Positions 46,705-56,643 of a stretch of 64,000 nt of DNA are shown piece after piece. The position numbers and the translations under genes are program-made. The notes under the pieces were generated by a model. The model made no database searches and had not been told where the DNA came from. It saw only the letters and a program-made list of their open reading frames with translations. Within the stretch, counting starts at the first letter, position 1; each line of letters opens with the position of its first letter. Source of the stretch: Candidatus Woesearchaeota archaeon (GTDB taxonomy: Archaea > Nanobdellota > Nanobdellia > SCGC-AAA011-G17 > UBA489); NCBI GenBank assembly GCA_018302985.1, contig JAGVZA010000014.1, forward strand, positions 7,184 through 71,183, written 5' to 3'.

Positions 46705-47142
46705 ATGAAAAATGAACTTCAAGCAGATCAAGTAGACTTACCTCTAGATATCTCTGTACGTTTAGAATATGTTGCTCGACAGAAGCTGAACTTTCATGAT
46801 CATAAGGGCGATGGTGTCTATGACTTACAAAAACAAAGAGAATTGCAACAACATGGTACAAGAATGTTAAAATGGGCTTTGTTAGGTTGTTGGAAAGAGG
46901 GAGAAAGGTCGTTAGATGGGGTTGTCCAAGCCATGATAAAAGTAGGAGCAGCAGGAAATATTGATGAAGCAACAACACTCATCGAACAAATGGCTAGGAG
47001 ATCCTTTCACTTAGACACAGGAATTAGATATGATTTTAAAGGTTTTATGGGTCATAAATCTAAGTATGGTAAATGTCTTAAGGTGCATAAACAAAGTGAT
47101 GGAACTTATAAAATTGAACTCGATTCTTTTGAAATAACTTAA
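46705..47142 (+). CDS. Hypothetical protein
   Basis: 145-aa ATG-started ORF. Confidence 0.6.
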   Translation: MKNELQADQVDLPLDISVRLEYVARQKLNFHDHKGDGVYDLQKQRELQQHGTRMLKWALLGCWKEGERSLDGVVQAMIKVGAAGNIDEATTLIEQMARRSFHLDTGIRYDFKGFMGHKSKYGKCLKVHKQSDGTYKIELDSFEIT

Positions 47143-47146
47143 AAAA

Positions 47147-47827
47147 TTAACAAGAGGCTAACAGTTCTTCTCTTTCTGCAGGATTAGGAATTTCTATGCC
47201 ATCTACATAACTAAAAGGAAGAGTTTGTCCAGTAGGAAGCATAATATTTAGGCAGTCAGGATAACAGCAATCAAATACTTGTTTTTCTAAAATTTGTTCA
47301 TGAAATGCAATGACTAAGCCCTTTCTCCCTATAGCATTTTTCCAAAAAGTTTGTGCTTTCTCTAAAGGAATTTTACATCTGGTTGCAAAATCCAGATATG
47401 CTTCTAGAGGTTCAATAGAAGGTTTAGACAGAAGAGTAGTGAAATCAGCGACCTCGTCTACAGGATAAAATCCATGATGATTAAGATAAACAGCAAAAGC
47501 ATGATGTTGCGCGGCATCTTGAGCATTAGCAATTTCTTGATCATTGTCGCCAAACAAATCAGCTATGGTGGTATCATCAAGTATTTTTTGATAAAATGCT
47601 CTCTTTTGTGATGAATAAATTAAAGGTACTTGTCTTGCAAGATTAAGAGGGCTAAGATAAACAGGAATACAGGTTTGTGTTCCTTGTCTGGGAAGTCTTC
47701 CCATTGTTCCCATAAAACCTCCAGCTTCTATATCAAGTAAGAGTTCTTCAATAGAAATGCCTCTATAAGCGGCAGTTCTAGGTGTTCTGATACCTCTTTC
47801 AAGCCATCGCTGAATTGTTACTTGCAT
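47147..47827 (-). CDS. Hypothetical protein
   Basis: 226-aa ORF. Confidence 0.65.
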   Translation of the reverse strand: MQVTIQRWLERGIRTPRTAAYRGISIEELLLDIEAGGFMGTMGRLPRQGTQTCIPVYLSPLNLARQVPLIYSSQKRAFYQKILDDTTIADLFGDNDQEIANAQDAAQHHAFAVYLNHHGFYPVDEVADFTTLLSKPSIEPLEAYLDFATRCKIPLEKAQTFWKNAIGRKGLVIAFHEQILEKQVFDCCYPDCLNIMLPTGQTLPFSYVDGIEIPNPAEREELLASC

Positions 47828-47941
47828 AAGAAAAGAAGAATAAGAACTCTTTAAAAATTATACGGTTTATTTCGCTTAAAGCGGAAAGTTTCCGGAAAAA
47901 ACACAGTAAAGTTCATTAAGAAGTTTAGCTATAAAGGCTAG

Positions 47942-48199
47942 ATGAGAAAATATCTTCATGCTATAACTTTGGGAGTTGCTGTAACAGCTATAGGTATTGG
48001 TGGTTATTTACTTTACGCACAAAATCAACAATTAGAAGCAAGAGTCAGTAATTTAGAGAAAAAAGTAGAAGAATTAGTAACACCTTTAGGAAAGAAAGAA
48101 GTAATTATGCCTTCAGAACAGGATAAAAAGAAACCAAATATCTATCAGCGATTACAATCATTAGATAATAAAATTGGCGAATGGATAAGAAAACATTAA
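47942..48199 (+). CDS. Membrane-anchored coiled-coil small protein
   Basis: N-terminal TM, then QQLEARVSNLEKKVEEL. Confidence 0.6.
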   Translation: MRKYLHAITLGVAVTAIGIGGYLLYAQNQQLEARVSNLEKKVEELVTPLGKKEVIMPSEQDKKKPNIYQRLQSLDNKIGEWIRKH

Positions 48200-48816
48200 G
48201 CAGCTTTGGCAACAGTCTTCTCTAAGCCGGAAGTTTGATTTGCTTTCGCTGCAGCGAAGTCATGGATAGGAGCAGCGCCAGTTTTCACTTCATCAACAAA
48301 GCGTTGCACAGCATTCTTGACAGTGTATTTTTCTGCTTGTTTGAGATAATGATTGGTTAAATCCAAAAGACTTCCAGGTAAGAAGAAAGAAAGTCCTTCA
48401 TAGACAAGATTATACAAGAATCCGCGAAGATCTTTAGTCTTGCCAAGGTAATAAGCATTGTAAGCTAACTTGACTGGAGCTTCAGCTAATTCCTTGCCAG
48501 CAGATAATCCATAACCAATGCCACCCATGATTTTCATGTAGTCTGCAACAACATCCACAGGTACTAATAATTTATCATAAGTATCTACTATTTTTGCAAA
48601 GCGATAGAGATTGCGAGTATCATAATTGATGCCTTCAATATGTTGTCTTAAGCGTGCTTCTAAGGAGTCATATGCTTCTTTTGAATCTGCTCTAGCTAAG
48701 AGTGCTTTGACAGGTTCGTAAGCTTTAGCAGCTGCTAGTTGTTGCTCTAGATTGGGTGTATTAAATACTGGAACTGCCCATTTTCCTGCGTCCTTTAATT
48801 TGTCTAGTAAACTCAT
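48196..48816 (-). CDS. Hypothetical protein
   Basis: 206-aa ORF, last of a co-oriented run. Confidence 0.65.
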   Translation of the reverse strand: MSLLDKLKDAGKWAVPVFNTPNLEQQLAAAKAYEPVKALLARADSKEAYDSLEARLRQHIEGINYDTRNLYRFAKIVDTYDKLLVPVDVVADYMKIMGGIGYGLSAGKELAEAPVKLAYNAYYLGKTKDLRGFLYNLVYEGLSFFLPGSLLDLTNHYLKQAEKYTVKNAVQRFVDEVKTGAAPIHDFAAAKANQTSGLEKTVAKAA

Positions 48817-48820
48817 AGTT

Positions 48821-49192
48821 TTAACACTTATTTTGTCCTAAGGATTTTGAAAAAGGTAATATGCCTACTAGCTTGCCTTGTTTGGTAACAGGTATGGAAA
48901 ATAAATTCTTTTGAATCATGAAGAGATATGCTTTCTCTACTGGAGTTTCAGCATCTAAACTTTGAATAGGTTGAGTCATAATATCTTTTGCTTGTGTTTT
49001 GCTAGGATCTTTTTTTGCAGCAACCACGCGAGTGACAATATCTGTAGTAGAAATAATTCCAACAGGAACATCTTTCTCAACAACGAGAATTTGTCTGCAT
49101 GCTTTTGTGGAAAGAGCTTGAGCAACTTCAACTATAGTTGCTGTGCTAGCACAACTTAAGGGTTTTTGTAAAGAGCATGTTGCAATGTTCAT
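48821..49192 (-). CDS. CBS-domain pair protein
   Basis: VGIISTTDIV, AKDIMTQP, PVTKQGKLVGI. Confidence 0.88.
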   Translation of the reverse strand: MNIATCSLQKPLSCASTATIVEVAQALSTKACRQILVVEKDVPVGIISTTDIVTRVVAAKKDPSKTQAKDIMTQPIQSLDAETPVEKAYLFMIQKNLFSIPVTKQGKLVGILPFSKSLGQNKC

Positions 49193-49860
49193 GGTTGTTC
49201 ATCCTCAATTTTGTCTACTAAGCTGGTTCCATTCTGAGGAAATCGCTTTTCTAATGCAGCAACACGTTCATTTAAAGCTTGTGTTTCTTTCAAAACTGCT
49301 TGCTGGGTGCGTAAGATCTGTTTCTGTTGTTTTGCTTTGCGATAGTTGCCAAAGCCACGGATTGCTCCCCATAATCCACCTAGTAAAATACCCGTAGTTA
49401 AAAGTCCATCCCCATACTGGCTAAACTCTTGCTGATAAGTAGTTGGTTGCATTGGAGCGCGAGGTGCGACTTCTACAGTAACTGTAGTTTTAGGTTCGTC
49501 AATATATTTAGGTTGTTCCAAACCATGTTCTTCACGCCATTTTTTCTGTTGCTCTGGTGTTCTGCCGAGCATTTTACTCCAGATGTCGCCTTGAAATTTA
49601 TCAACTTGAATAATTGCTTCTCCAACTTTGCCGCCTTGTTCAACAATAACTTTGCCTACTTGTTGGTCTGCTTGAGCTGCAGCAGGAAGAACAACATTAT
49701 TGAATTGATCAAGAGCATAACCAATGCCTTCTAAGGCTTTTTTAGCTCCATAACCTAAGACTCCGCCAAGAGCTGCTCGAACACCCATGCCAAGAATATA
49801 GTTGACTCTTTCAGAGATATATCTTTCTTTTCGAGTGATAGTTAAGGAATGTTGTTTCAT
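49189..49860 (-). CDS. Hypothetical membrane protein
   Basis: Gly-rich hydrophobic segments at both ends, C-terminal coiled coil. Confidence 0.65.
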   Translation of the reverse strand: MKQHSLTITRKERYISERVNYILGMGVRAALGGVLGYGAKKALEGIGYALDQFNNVVLPAAAQADQQVGKVIVEQGGKVGEAIIQVDKFQGDIWSKMLGRTPEQQKKWREEHGLEQPKYIDEPKTTVTVEVAPRAPMQPTTYQQEFSQYGDGLLTTGILLGGLWGAIRGFGNYRKAKQQKQILRTQQAVLKETQALNERVAALEKRFPQNGTSLVDKIEDEQP

Positions 49861-49869
49861 TAGTAAACC

Positions 49870-50184
49870 TCAAAGGCGCTCATACATGCTGGTAACAGTA
49901 GCTGCAAAATCAGGAGGGCACACTGCTCGTGCAAGAGTAGGAACATGTTGTGCTAAAAGAGTAACTCTGGCTTGATCTCCAAAATGTTTATAGACTTGAG
50001 GACCTACAGTCGTAGCGCGAGCAACGAATTCATGAGGTGAGCAGCGTTCTTTAGGAAGTTTGTCAGCTAATGCTGTTGCTAAGCTATAAAGTAAAGGTGC
50101 ATGTTGTGGTGCATCTGTTGGAAAATCTCGTAAGCGTTGTCTAATAGAAACCATCGATATGGGTTGATGGGGGTTAGTAGTCAT
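49870..50184 (-). CDS. Hypothetical protein (paralog of 51214-51576)
   Basis: Similarity seen by eye (see findings). Confidence 0.65.
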   Translation of the reverse strand: MTTNPHQPISMVSIRQRLRDFPTDAPQHAPLLYSLATALADKLPKERCSPHEFVARATTVGPQVYKHFGDQARVTLLAQHVPTLARAVCPPDFAATVTSMYERL

Positions 50185-50300
50185 AGTAAGGAATCCTCCA
50201 GAATATAAAGGTAAAACTGCTATATAAACCTTTCTAATATAGTTACTTATAAGTAGTTACAATAAGAAAGCCTTATAAAGTAAACAAAGAAAGGAGAAGT

Positions 50301-50762
50301 ATGGTTTTGAAATACAAAGAAGTTAAGATGGGGCGCATTAGCACAGCTTGCTATCCATGTAACATAGAAACATTTGGAATAACGAATTGTGTAGGTCTAG
50401 GAATATTAAATCACAAGCTTCGAAAAGGATATGTCGGCCACCATTTTCCGCTCGTAAAAACACCAGAAGAACTTATAGATAGAGCATTAAGAGAAGCAAA
50501 AAACATAGGGGATTTAGAAATTGCACTAGCGGGAAATATACCTCTAAGTAAAGAAATAACGAAAATAGGAGGAGTTGATTTTCGAGAGAATTTAGAATCA
50601 TATAGGGAGCATAAAAGATGGTTACTGGAAATGGTCAAGAGGAAAGGAATAAATTTAAGTAGAATTCAAGATCATCTTCAAACATTCCCAAGTAGAAATG
50701 ATTATGCATTGATAGTTGATACAACAAAAAGAATAATCGTAGTTAAGAAGGAATCATATTAG
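50301..50762 (+). CDS. Possible CheD-like Cys-His deamidase-fold protein
   Basis: TFGITNCVGLGI.N.....GYVGHH. Confidence 0.5.
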   Translation: MVLKYKEVKMGRISTACYPCNIETFGITNCVGLGILNHKLRKGYVGHHFPLVKTPEELIDRALREAKNIGDLEIALAGNIPLSKEITKIGGVDFRENLESYREHKRWLLEMVKRKGINLSRIQDHLQTFPSRNDYALIVDTTKRIIVVKKESY

Positions 50763-50797
50763 TGTTAATATTTAAGTACAAGAAAAGTTAAATAACC

Positions 50798-51202
50798 ATG
50801 AGCACAGATAAACAATATTTAAGACAATTAAGTGAAACATGTAAACGTTCAGATGCTTACACAAGATTATGGAATATTGATACGCGTTTAGAGCGCGAGG
50901 GTGCAGATGATAGATTAAGAATGATTCTTCTTGAAGGTATAGTTCAATATGTTGCGAGAAATACAGTTCCAGAAGAAAAAAATTGGGAAACTATAGATGC
51001 ACTTGTAGATCTTACTGTTCCTGGAGTTAGTCTAGTAAATAGTCTCACTTTTATAACTGCAACACCAACAGGAGACTATGGAAGCAAATCTACTGATAAT
51101 CGTGTTCCAGCACAAGAAGAGAGAATTGAAGACCTGTTGACAGAAGGGCAATATGAAGAGCCAGAAGCTGAACTTTTAGATGATCAAGAGAAAGAAGAAT
51201 AA
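50798..51202 (+). CDS. Hypothetical protein with acidic C-terminus
   Basis: 134-aa ORF. Confidence 0.6.
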   Translation: MSTDKQYLRQLSETCKRSDAYTRLWNIDTRLEREGADDRLRMILLEGIVQYVARNTVPEEKNWETIDALVDLTVPGVSLVNSLTFITATPTGDYGSKSTDNRVPAQEERIEDLLTEGQYEEPEAELLDDQEKEE

Positions 51203-51213
51203 AGGATAAAGAG

Positions 51214-51576
51214 TTAATCTGTAGTGACTGCGCGATACCACTTCAGAGCTAGTTCTGCAAAATCTTTGGAATCTTCTGAACAAACTGTTTGAAGAAATCT
51301 TGGCATAAAATCATTTAAAAATCTAATCTGAGCTTTTTGAGATTTTTCCCCATTAGGTAATTTAAATTGAGAGCCATATTTTCTATCAAAAGTTGTCATT
51401 ACTAAAGCAGCGAAAGAAGCACCAGTAGTTTGATGTCCAAAGTAGGTTAATCGCAAAGCTAAATCCTTTCCCAAAGCATAGAGGCGTGGATCTTCTCCAG
51501 GCATAAGGGATTCTAAATGACATAAGCGATATTCTATATCTGCTGTATCTTCTAAAGGTGTTGTGTTGAAAGCCAT
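51214..51576 (-). CDS. Hypothetical protein (paralog of 49870-50184)
   Basis: Similarity seen by eye (see findings). Confidence 0.65.
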   Translation of the reverse strand: MAFNTTPLEDTADIEYRLCHLESLMPGEDPRLYALGKDLALRLTYFGHQTTGASFAALVMTTFDRKYGSQFKLPNGEKSQKAQIRFLNDFMPRFLQTVCSEDSKDFAELALKWYRAVTTD

Positions 51577-51819
51577 GGTGAACCTAACAATAAAGAGGAA
51601 AAGACCTATATAAACCTTATGGTTATGTAGTTACTTTAAAGTGACAATAGATAGATAAATTTAAATAGCATAGGAATGGTGAATACAAAAGAGAATAACA
51701 TGACTACAGATTTTAGTGGTAAAAGAATTGAAATATTTTCTAATGAAGACATAGCAAAAAATACACACAAGCATTACTAGCTATAGAACAAAGAAGAAAA
51801 AGATAAATACAAAATAAAA

Positions 51820-52743
51820 TTATTTCTTCTTAACTTTGATCTTTTCCAACAACTCACATGTTCTACAAAAGATCTTGGCTGCAGGTTCTCCACAGCTTTC
51901 ACAAGTGCCAATAGCTTGTTTCGTAGATTTAAATTGTTCTCGTAAAGACGGTAGAATCTCCAAGAAAGAATTCACAATACCTTGCTTTGTTCCGGGATAT
52001 TTTTGCTCCCAAGTATTCAACACTTCTCCTAACTGTAATCTAAATGCGCCTTCAGCATTCGGACATTCCACAAACGTTACTGGAAATTCTTTTAATATAG
52101 CGTACAAAGCAACTTCTTTTTCTGTCATGAAATATAAAGGTTTAATTCTGCGAACAAACTGCTTATGCATTAATGCTCCAGTCATCGGCCCTAATTTAGC
52201 GGATAGAGAAATATTTCCTTTAAATTGATTCATCAAGAGTGTTTGTGCCTCATCATCTAGGTTATGCCCTGTAGCAACTTTGGTAGCTCCCAATTCTCTT
52301 GCTCCTCTATTAATCAAATATCTTCTGCTAATGCCGCAGGCAGTGCAAGGATTCATCTTATGGTCTTTCAAATAACTATCTAGAGTAAAACCAAACATCT
52401 TTTTAAAAGAAAGAATAGTCAAAGGAATCTTATAAGTTTTACAGAAAGTTGCAGCGTCTTTTAAGGTCTGTTCTCTGTATTTTTCTATGCCTTCATCAAT
52501 AGCTAATGCCTTGACAGGGATATTTTGTTTTTGGCAATATTGATGCAGTAAATACAAGCAAGTCATGCTGTCTTTGCCGCCAGATAAAGCGGAGACAAGT
52601 ACATCTCCCTTCGTAAGCATCTTATAAGTTCTTATAGTTTTCAAAACTTTTTTTTCAAAATAGTGAAGATAATGTTGTTTACATAAAGGTGCATGATTTT
52701 GTAACACATATACTGGTTCAGTTTGACATTTCTTGCAGGTCAT
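51820..52743 (-). CDS. ttuA: tRNA 2-thiolation protein, TtuA/Ncs6/CTU1 family
   Basis: N- and C-terminal Zn fingers, SGGKDS, PCTACG, ATGHNLDD, VECP. Confidence 0.92.
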   Translation of the reverse strand: MTCKKCQTEPVYVLQNHAPLCKQHYLHYFEKKVLKTIRTYKMLTKGDVLVSALSGGKDSMTCLYLLHQYCQKQNIPVKALAIDEGIEKYREQTLKDAATFCKTYKIPLTILSFKKMFGFTLDSYLKDHKMNPCTACGISRRYLINRGARELGATKVATGHNLDDEAQTLLMNQFKGNISLSAKLGPMTGALMHKQFVRRIKPLYFMTEKEVALYAILKEFPVTFVECPNAEGAFRLQLGEVLNTWEQKYPGTKQGIVNSFLEILPSLREQFKSTKQAIGTCESCGEPAAKIFCRTCELLEKIKVKKK

Positions 52744-52836
52744 AAATCAGTAAAGAAACTGCCATTTATAAGCATTATAGAAAGCTAGAACTGTAGAAAG
52801 CTAATCTTCTTAAATGAATCTAAAACACAAAATACT

Positions 52837-53079
52837 ATGGCTCTAGATCATAAAGTGTTAACCAGAGAAAGAAGACTTGAAGAAGATCCTAAAAGTAAAT
52901 TAGATGCTTTTCATGCCATGCTTACAGAAGTAAAAAAGTTTTTTGAAACTAGAATTAGTGAATATACAAAACTACCAGGGTTTCAAAATAATAATGAAGA
53001 GCGGTTTCTAGAAGGCTATGATGTAAAATATGATACTCTACGAAATGTCATGAGAAGTAAATGCCCGGAATTTATATGA
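52837..53079 (+). CDS. Hypothetical protein
   Basis: 80-aa ATG-started ORF. Confidence 0.5.
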   Translation: MALDHKVLTRERRLEEDPKSKLDAFHAMLTEVKKFFETRISEYTKLPGFQNNNEERFLEGYDVKYDTLRNVMRSKCPEFI

Positions 53080-53082
53080 GGG

Positions 53083-53391
53083 TTGCAAAGAAGAACTCAA
53101 AATACACAAAGAATGATTCAGTATTGGTCTGAACATCATCAAAAGGGGATTCTTATTTATGGGAGAGAGAGATCTAATAAAGTTGTTATAGTGCATCTTT
53201 CAGGTTTAGAAGGAATTCTACACACCAATCACTTTATTCTCTTTGGACATGCAAATGAGATTACTCTTGTAGGAAATGTGCTTGATGGTTTTCTAAGAGG
53301 GCAACGTTATTTTGAGCCAGTAGAGAATACTATTAGAGTGGATTTCAAAACAGGGCATAGAAGATATGCAGATAAGATGCATGAAATGTAG
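53083..53391 (+). CDS. Hypothetical protein
   Basis: 102-aa ORF, TTG start. Confidence 0.45.
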   Translation: MQRRTQNTQRMIQYWSEHHQKGILIYGRERSNKVVIVHLSGLEGILHTNHFILFGHANEITLVGNVLDGFLRGQRYFEPVENTIRVDFKTGHRRYADKMHEM

Positions 53392-53412
53392 ACCAAAAAA
53401 GAAATATTCTTT

Positions 53413-53619
53413 TTAGCCGCCAGAAACAACGGATAAAATCTTTACTGTATCTTTGTCATGAAGTTCTTGAGTTTCAATTAAGACTTTGCTGTCTCTAGTC
53501 ACCAGAACAGTCACGGGATTTACAGCAAGTTTCTCTAAGAGGTGTTTTACAGTAGCTTTTGCTGGTAACTCTACTTGGGTCGTTTTCTTGGTTCGTTCAA
53601 TAAAAGCTTGGATTTGCAT
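53413..53619 (-). CDS. Ubiquitin-like sulfur carrier (ThiS/MoaD/SAMP)
   Basis: 68 aa, C-terminal VVSGG. Confidence 0.92.
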   Translation of the reverse strand: MQIQAFIERTKKTTQVELPAKATVKHLLEKLAVNPVTVLVTRDSKVLIETQELHDKDTVKILSVVSGG

Positions 53620-53704
53620 AGAACTACTCTCTCAAAGACGTTTTTAAGAGTTATCATCTAGAGAGAACAATAGATTTATAAATACTACTAAATAGTAACA
53701 GCTT

Positions 53705-54073
53705 ATGAAAGATCTAACAAAAAATTTCTTATGGGCTGCAGGTACAGTAGTTGCAAGTTACCTCAGTTACCAATTTGGTGCAATTTACCGTCCTTTTACT
53801 GGTGGGTCTATGTTTGTTTCAAATGGGATAATCAATCCAACACTCCGAGAAAGAGTTCAAACTAGAGCAGATCTAAATGGCAATTGTAATGGTCAACCTG
53901 ATGTAGCTGAAATGGTAGATATTTGGCAACGTGCTGGATATTCCTTAAGTTTCAATCCAGAACATCGTCTTGTTGCGCAACGAGGAACAGAAACAATTGT
54001 TTTTGGAAATGAATTCAAAGATCCTCAATTGAGTAATGCAGATTTAGAAAAAGTTCTAGCAAGTTATAAATAA
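53705..54073 (+). CDS. Secreted or membrane-anchored hypothetical protein
   Basis: N-terminal hydrophobic segment; EF-hand-like DLNGNCNGQPDVAE. Confidence 0.6.
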   Translation: MKDLTKNFLWAAGTVVASYLSYQFGAIYRPFTGGSMFVSNGIINPTLRERVQTRADLNGNCNGQPDVAEMVDIWQRAGYSLSFNPEHRLVAQRGTETIVFGNEFKDPQLSNADLEKVLASYK

Positions 54074-54074
54074 T

Positions 54075-56297
54075 TTAAATTCTAGGTTTATATCTTTTTA
54101 TCGACAACGAATTCAACACAACTAATAAAGAACTCAAAGCCATAGCTCCAGCAGCAATGAGGGGTTGCAATAAAAATCCTGTAAAGGGATAAAGTATACC
54201 TGCGGCAACAGGAACACCAACAACAGTATAAAGAAGTGCTCCAGAAATATTTTGTTTAATTTTTTTTACTGTCTGCATGCTAAGATCAATCGCAATCACA
54301 ACATCACGTAAATCATTTTTAATCAAAAGAACTTGTCCTGTTTCTGTCATAAGGTCCATGCCTGTTCCCAAGACAATACCAACATCAGCTTGTTTAAGTG
54401 CAGCAGCATCAGTAATACCGTCTCCCACTAAAGCAACAACTCGTCCTTGTGCTTGTAAGGTTCTTATGTGCGCAGCTCTATCTTGAGGTAAAACATTCGC
54501 TATCACTTGAGTAATCTGTAAATCAGTTGCAGTCGCTTGTGCTGTACCTGTATGATCTCCCGTTATCAGAACAACTTGCTTGCCTAACCGTTGTAAAGCT
54601 TGTACTACAGATCGAGCATACGCATTCGGTGCATCTACAAAACCAAGAACTCCTACTGCTACAGTATTCACTCCAACAATAAGTAAAGTTTTGCCTGCAG
54701 ATTCCATCGATTGTAAGCGAGCTTCTAGAGGTGTAATGTCAATACTTTGTTCATGCATCAGCTGTCTATTACCTACGGCTACTTTTTTGCCTAAATATTT
54801 AGCAACAATACCTTTACCTGCGTGCATTTGAGAGGAATGAGAGTCTGGAATTGCAATATCATGTTGTTGTGCGTAGGTAAGAATCGCTTGTGCTAAAGGG
54901 TGTTTGGAACGTTTCTCTGCTAAGGCAGCAAATTTCAAAACAGTTTTTTCATCCCCTTGGAAAGCTATAATATCAGTGACTGTTGGTTTTCCCTGAGTTA
55001 AAGTGCCAGATTTATCGAAAATTACAGTGTCTATTTGTCTAAGAGCTTCTATAGTATTTCCACCTTTAAGTAAAATGCCATGTTGAGCAGCTTTGCCTGT
55101 AGCCACCATAACTGCTGTTGGTGTTGCTAAGGAGAGAGCAGAAGAGCCAGCAAGAAGTAAAAGCGTTACAAAAGAGAAACAGGCAAAAAAGAAAGCAGGC
55201 GAAGGTCCAAATAATAACCAAACAAGAAACGTAACAATGCTTAACATCAACAGAAGAGGCATCAAAATACGTACAAAATTATCTGCAAAGAGTTGTAAAG
55301 GTGTTTTATGACTTTGTGCTTCTCGAACAGAAGAAATCATGCGTGATAAAAGTGTATCTTTGCCAACAGCTGTAGCTTGAATATGGAAAGTATGTTCTTT
55401 ATTGATACTCCCTCCAACAACTTGCATGCCTTTGCTTTTCTCTACTAGACTGCTTGTTCCAATGACTTTACTTGCATCAACAAGAGAACTGCCTTGCATG
55501 ACTAAACCATCTACTGGTAGAGGTTGACCTGCTTTGACTAACAAGATATCTCCGACAACAACTTCAGTCAGAGGAACTTCAAGCTGCTTGCCATGACGAA
55601 GAACTGTTGCTAAAGGGGGTTGCAATTTCAGTAAGGCTCGTAAAGAATCAGAAGTATGACGTTGAACTACAGCTTCAAGATATTTACCAAAGAGTACTAG
55701 AGTAATAATAAGAGACACAATAACATAAGAAAGAGAATATGCACTTACAGAGGAAAAGAAGACAAGGGGAAAGAAAGTTGCTAGTAAGCTATAAAGAAAA
55801 AGAATACTTATTCCTAAAGCAACAAAAGTATTTTTATCTACCGTCTTTCTCTGTAATGAATACCATAATCCTTTGTAAAAATCTAAAGCAGCATAAAATT
55901 GTATTGGCAGAGTAAGAAGTAAGAGGATATAGGATGAGATTAAAAAAGTAGGAACAAAAGTAAAAAGCTCAGGAAAACTAAGGAGAAGAAGCGCAAGAGT
56001 GAAGAGTACCGCGATAACTAATCGCAGTCGTAAGCGATGTAACTGGCGTGTTTCTATAAGCCTAATATCATGGTAATTGTCTTGTGCATCATGGCTAAAA
56101 GCATGGTAACCTAAGTGCTGCACTACAGTTTGAAAATCTTGAAAAGAGGCTCGTCCATCATGGTCTACTACAGCTTGTTCTGTGCCATAGTTCACTAGAG
56201 CTTGCTTAACTCCTACCACTTTTTTCAATTCTTGTCCTAAAGGTCCAGTGCAAGCATCGCAATGCATGCCTTTGATAGTAAAGGTTGTTTTTGGCAT
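54075..56297 (-). CDS. CopA-like P1B-type ATPase with degenerate catalytic and metal-binding motifs
   Basis: HMA GMHCDAC, DKSGT and HP kept; CPC>GSS, TGE>IGT, GDGIND>GDGITD, YN>YT. Confidence 0.88.
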   Translation of the reverse strand: MPKTTFTIKGMHCDACTGPLGQELKKVVGVKQALVNYGTEQAVVDHDGRASFQDFQTVVQHLGYHAFSHDAQDNYHDIRLIETRQLHRLRLRLVIAVLFTLALLLLSFPELFTFVPTFLISSYILLLLTLPIQFYAALDFYKGLWYSLQRKTVDKNTFVALGISILFLYSLLATFFPLVFFSSVSAYSLSYVIVSLIITLVLFGKYLEAVVQRHTSDSLRALLKLQPPLATVLRHGKQLEVPLTEVVVGDILLVKAGQPLPVDGLVMQGSSLVDASKVIGTSSLVEKSKGMQVVGGSINKEHTFHIQATAVGKDTLLSRMISSVREAQSHKTPLQLFADNFVRILMPLLLMLSIVTFLVWLLFGPSPAFFFACFSFVTLLLLAGSSALSLATPTAVMVATGKAAQHGILLKGGNTIEALRQIDTVIFDKSGTLTQGKPTVTDIIAFQGDEKTVLKFAALAEKRSKHPLAQAILTYAQQHDIAIPDSHSSQMHAGKGIVAKYLGKKVAVGNRQLMHEQSIDITPLEARLQSMESAGKTLLIVGVNTVAVGVLGFVDAPNAYARSVVQALQRLGKQVVLITGDHTGTAQATATDLQITQVIANVLPQDRAAHIRTLQAQGRVVALVGDGITDAAALKQADVGIVLGTGMDLMTETGQVLLIKNDLRDVVIAIDLSMQTVKKIKQNISGALLYTVVGVPVAAGILYPFTGFLLQPLIAAGAMALSSLLVVLNSLSIKRYKPRI

Positions 56298-56371
56298 CTA
56301 ACCATCACAGACAACTACACTTATAAAAGGATTTCTCTCATGAAGAAGTACTTATAAAAAAGAATGCTCAA

Positions 56372-56611
56372 TTAGTCTAGTTTCTCGATAATAATAGCAA
56401 TAACAGGACAGACTTCTGCAGCCATTTTATTGACGTCTAAGTCTTTCTCATCAATAATAAGCTCCCATCTTTTCGTCTTTGCGTTAAAGGTGCCGCCAAT
56501 AAGGTCAACTTTCCCATCAGGATGTGTTTTATAGAATTTTTCTGCGACACCAGCACAAGCCAAGACTCCAATACAGAGTTCGCGATCGAAGCTGATTTTA
56601 TATTTAGCCAT
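56372..56611 (-). CDS. Single-cluster ferredoxin, probably [3Fe-4S]
   Basis: DRELCIGVLAC...AAEVCPV. Confidence 0.82.
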   Translation of the reverse strand: MAKYKISFDRELCIGVLACAGVAEKFYKTHPDGKVDLIGGTFNAKTKRWELIIDEKDLDVNKMAAEVCPVIAIIIEKLD

Positions 56612-56643
56612 AGAAAAAATGCTAGGAAAGACACTTATAAATC

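Noticed and set aside
51677-51780. 34-aa ORF MVNTKENNMTTDFSGK... in an intergenic gap
   Set aside because: No motif, RBS or other support.
52778-52804. Short direct repeat TAGAAAGCTA x2
   Set aside because: Only two 10-nt copies in AT-rich DNA; compatible with chance.
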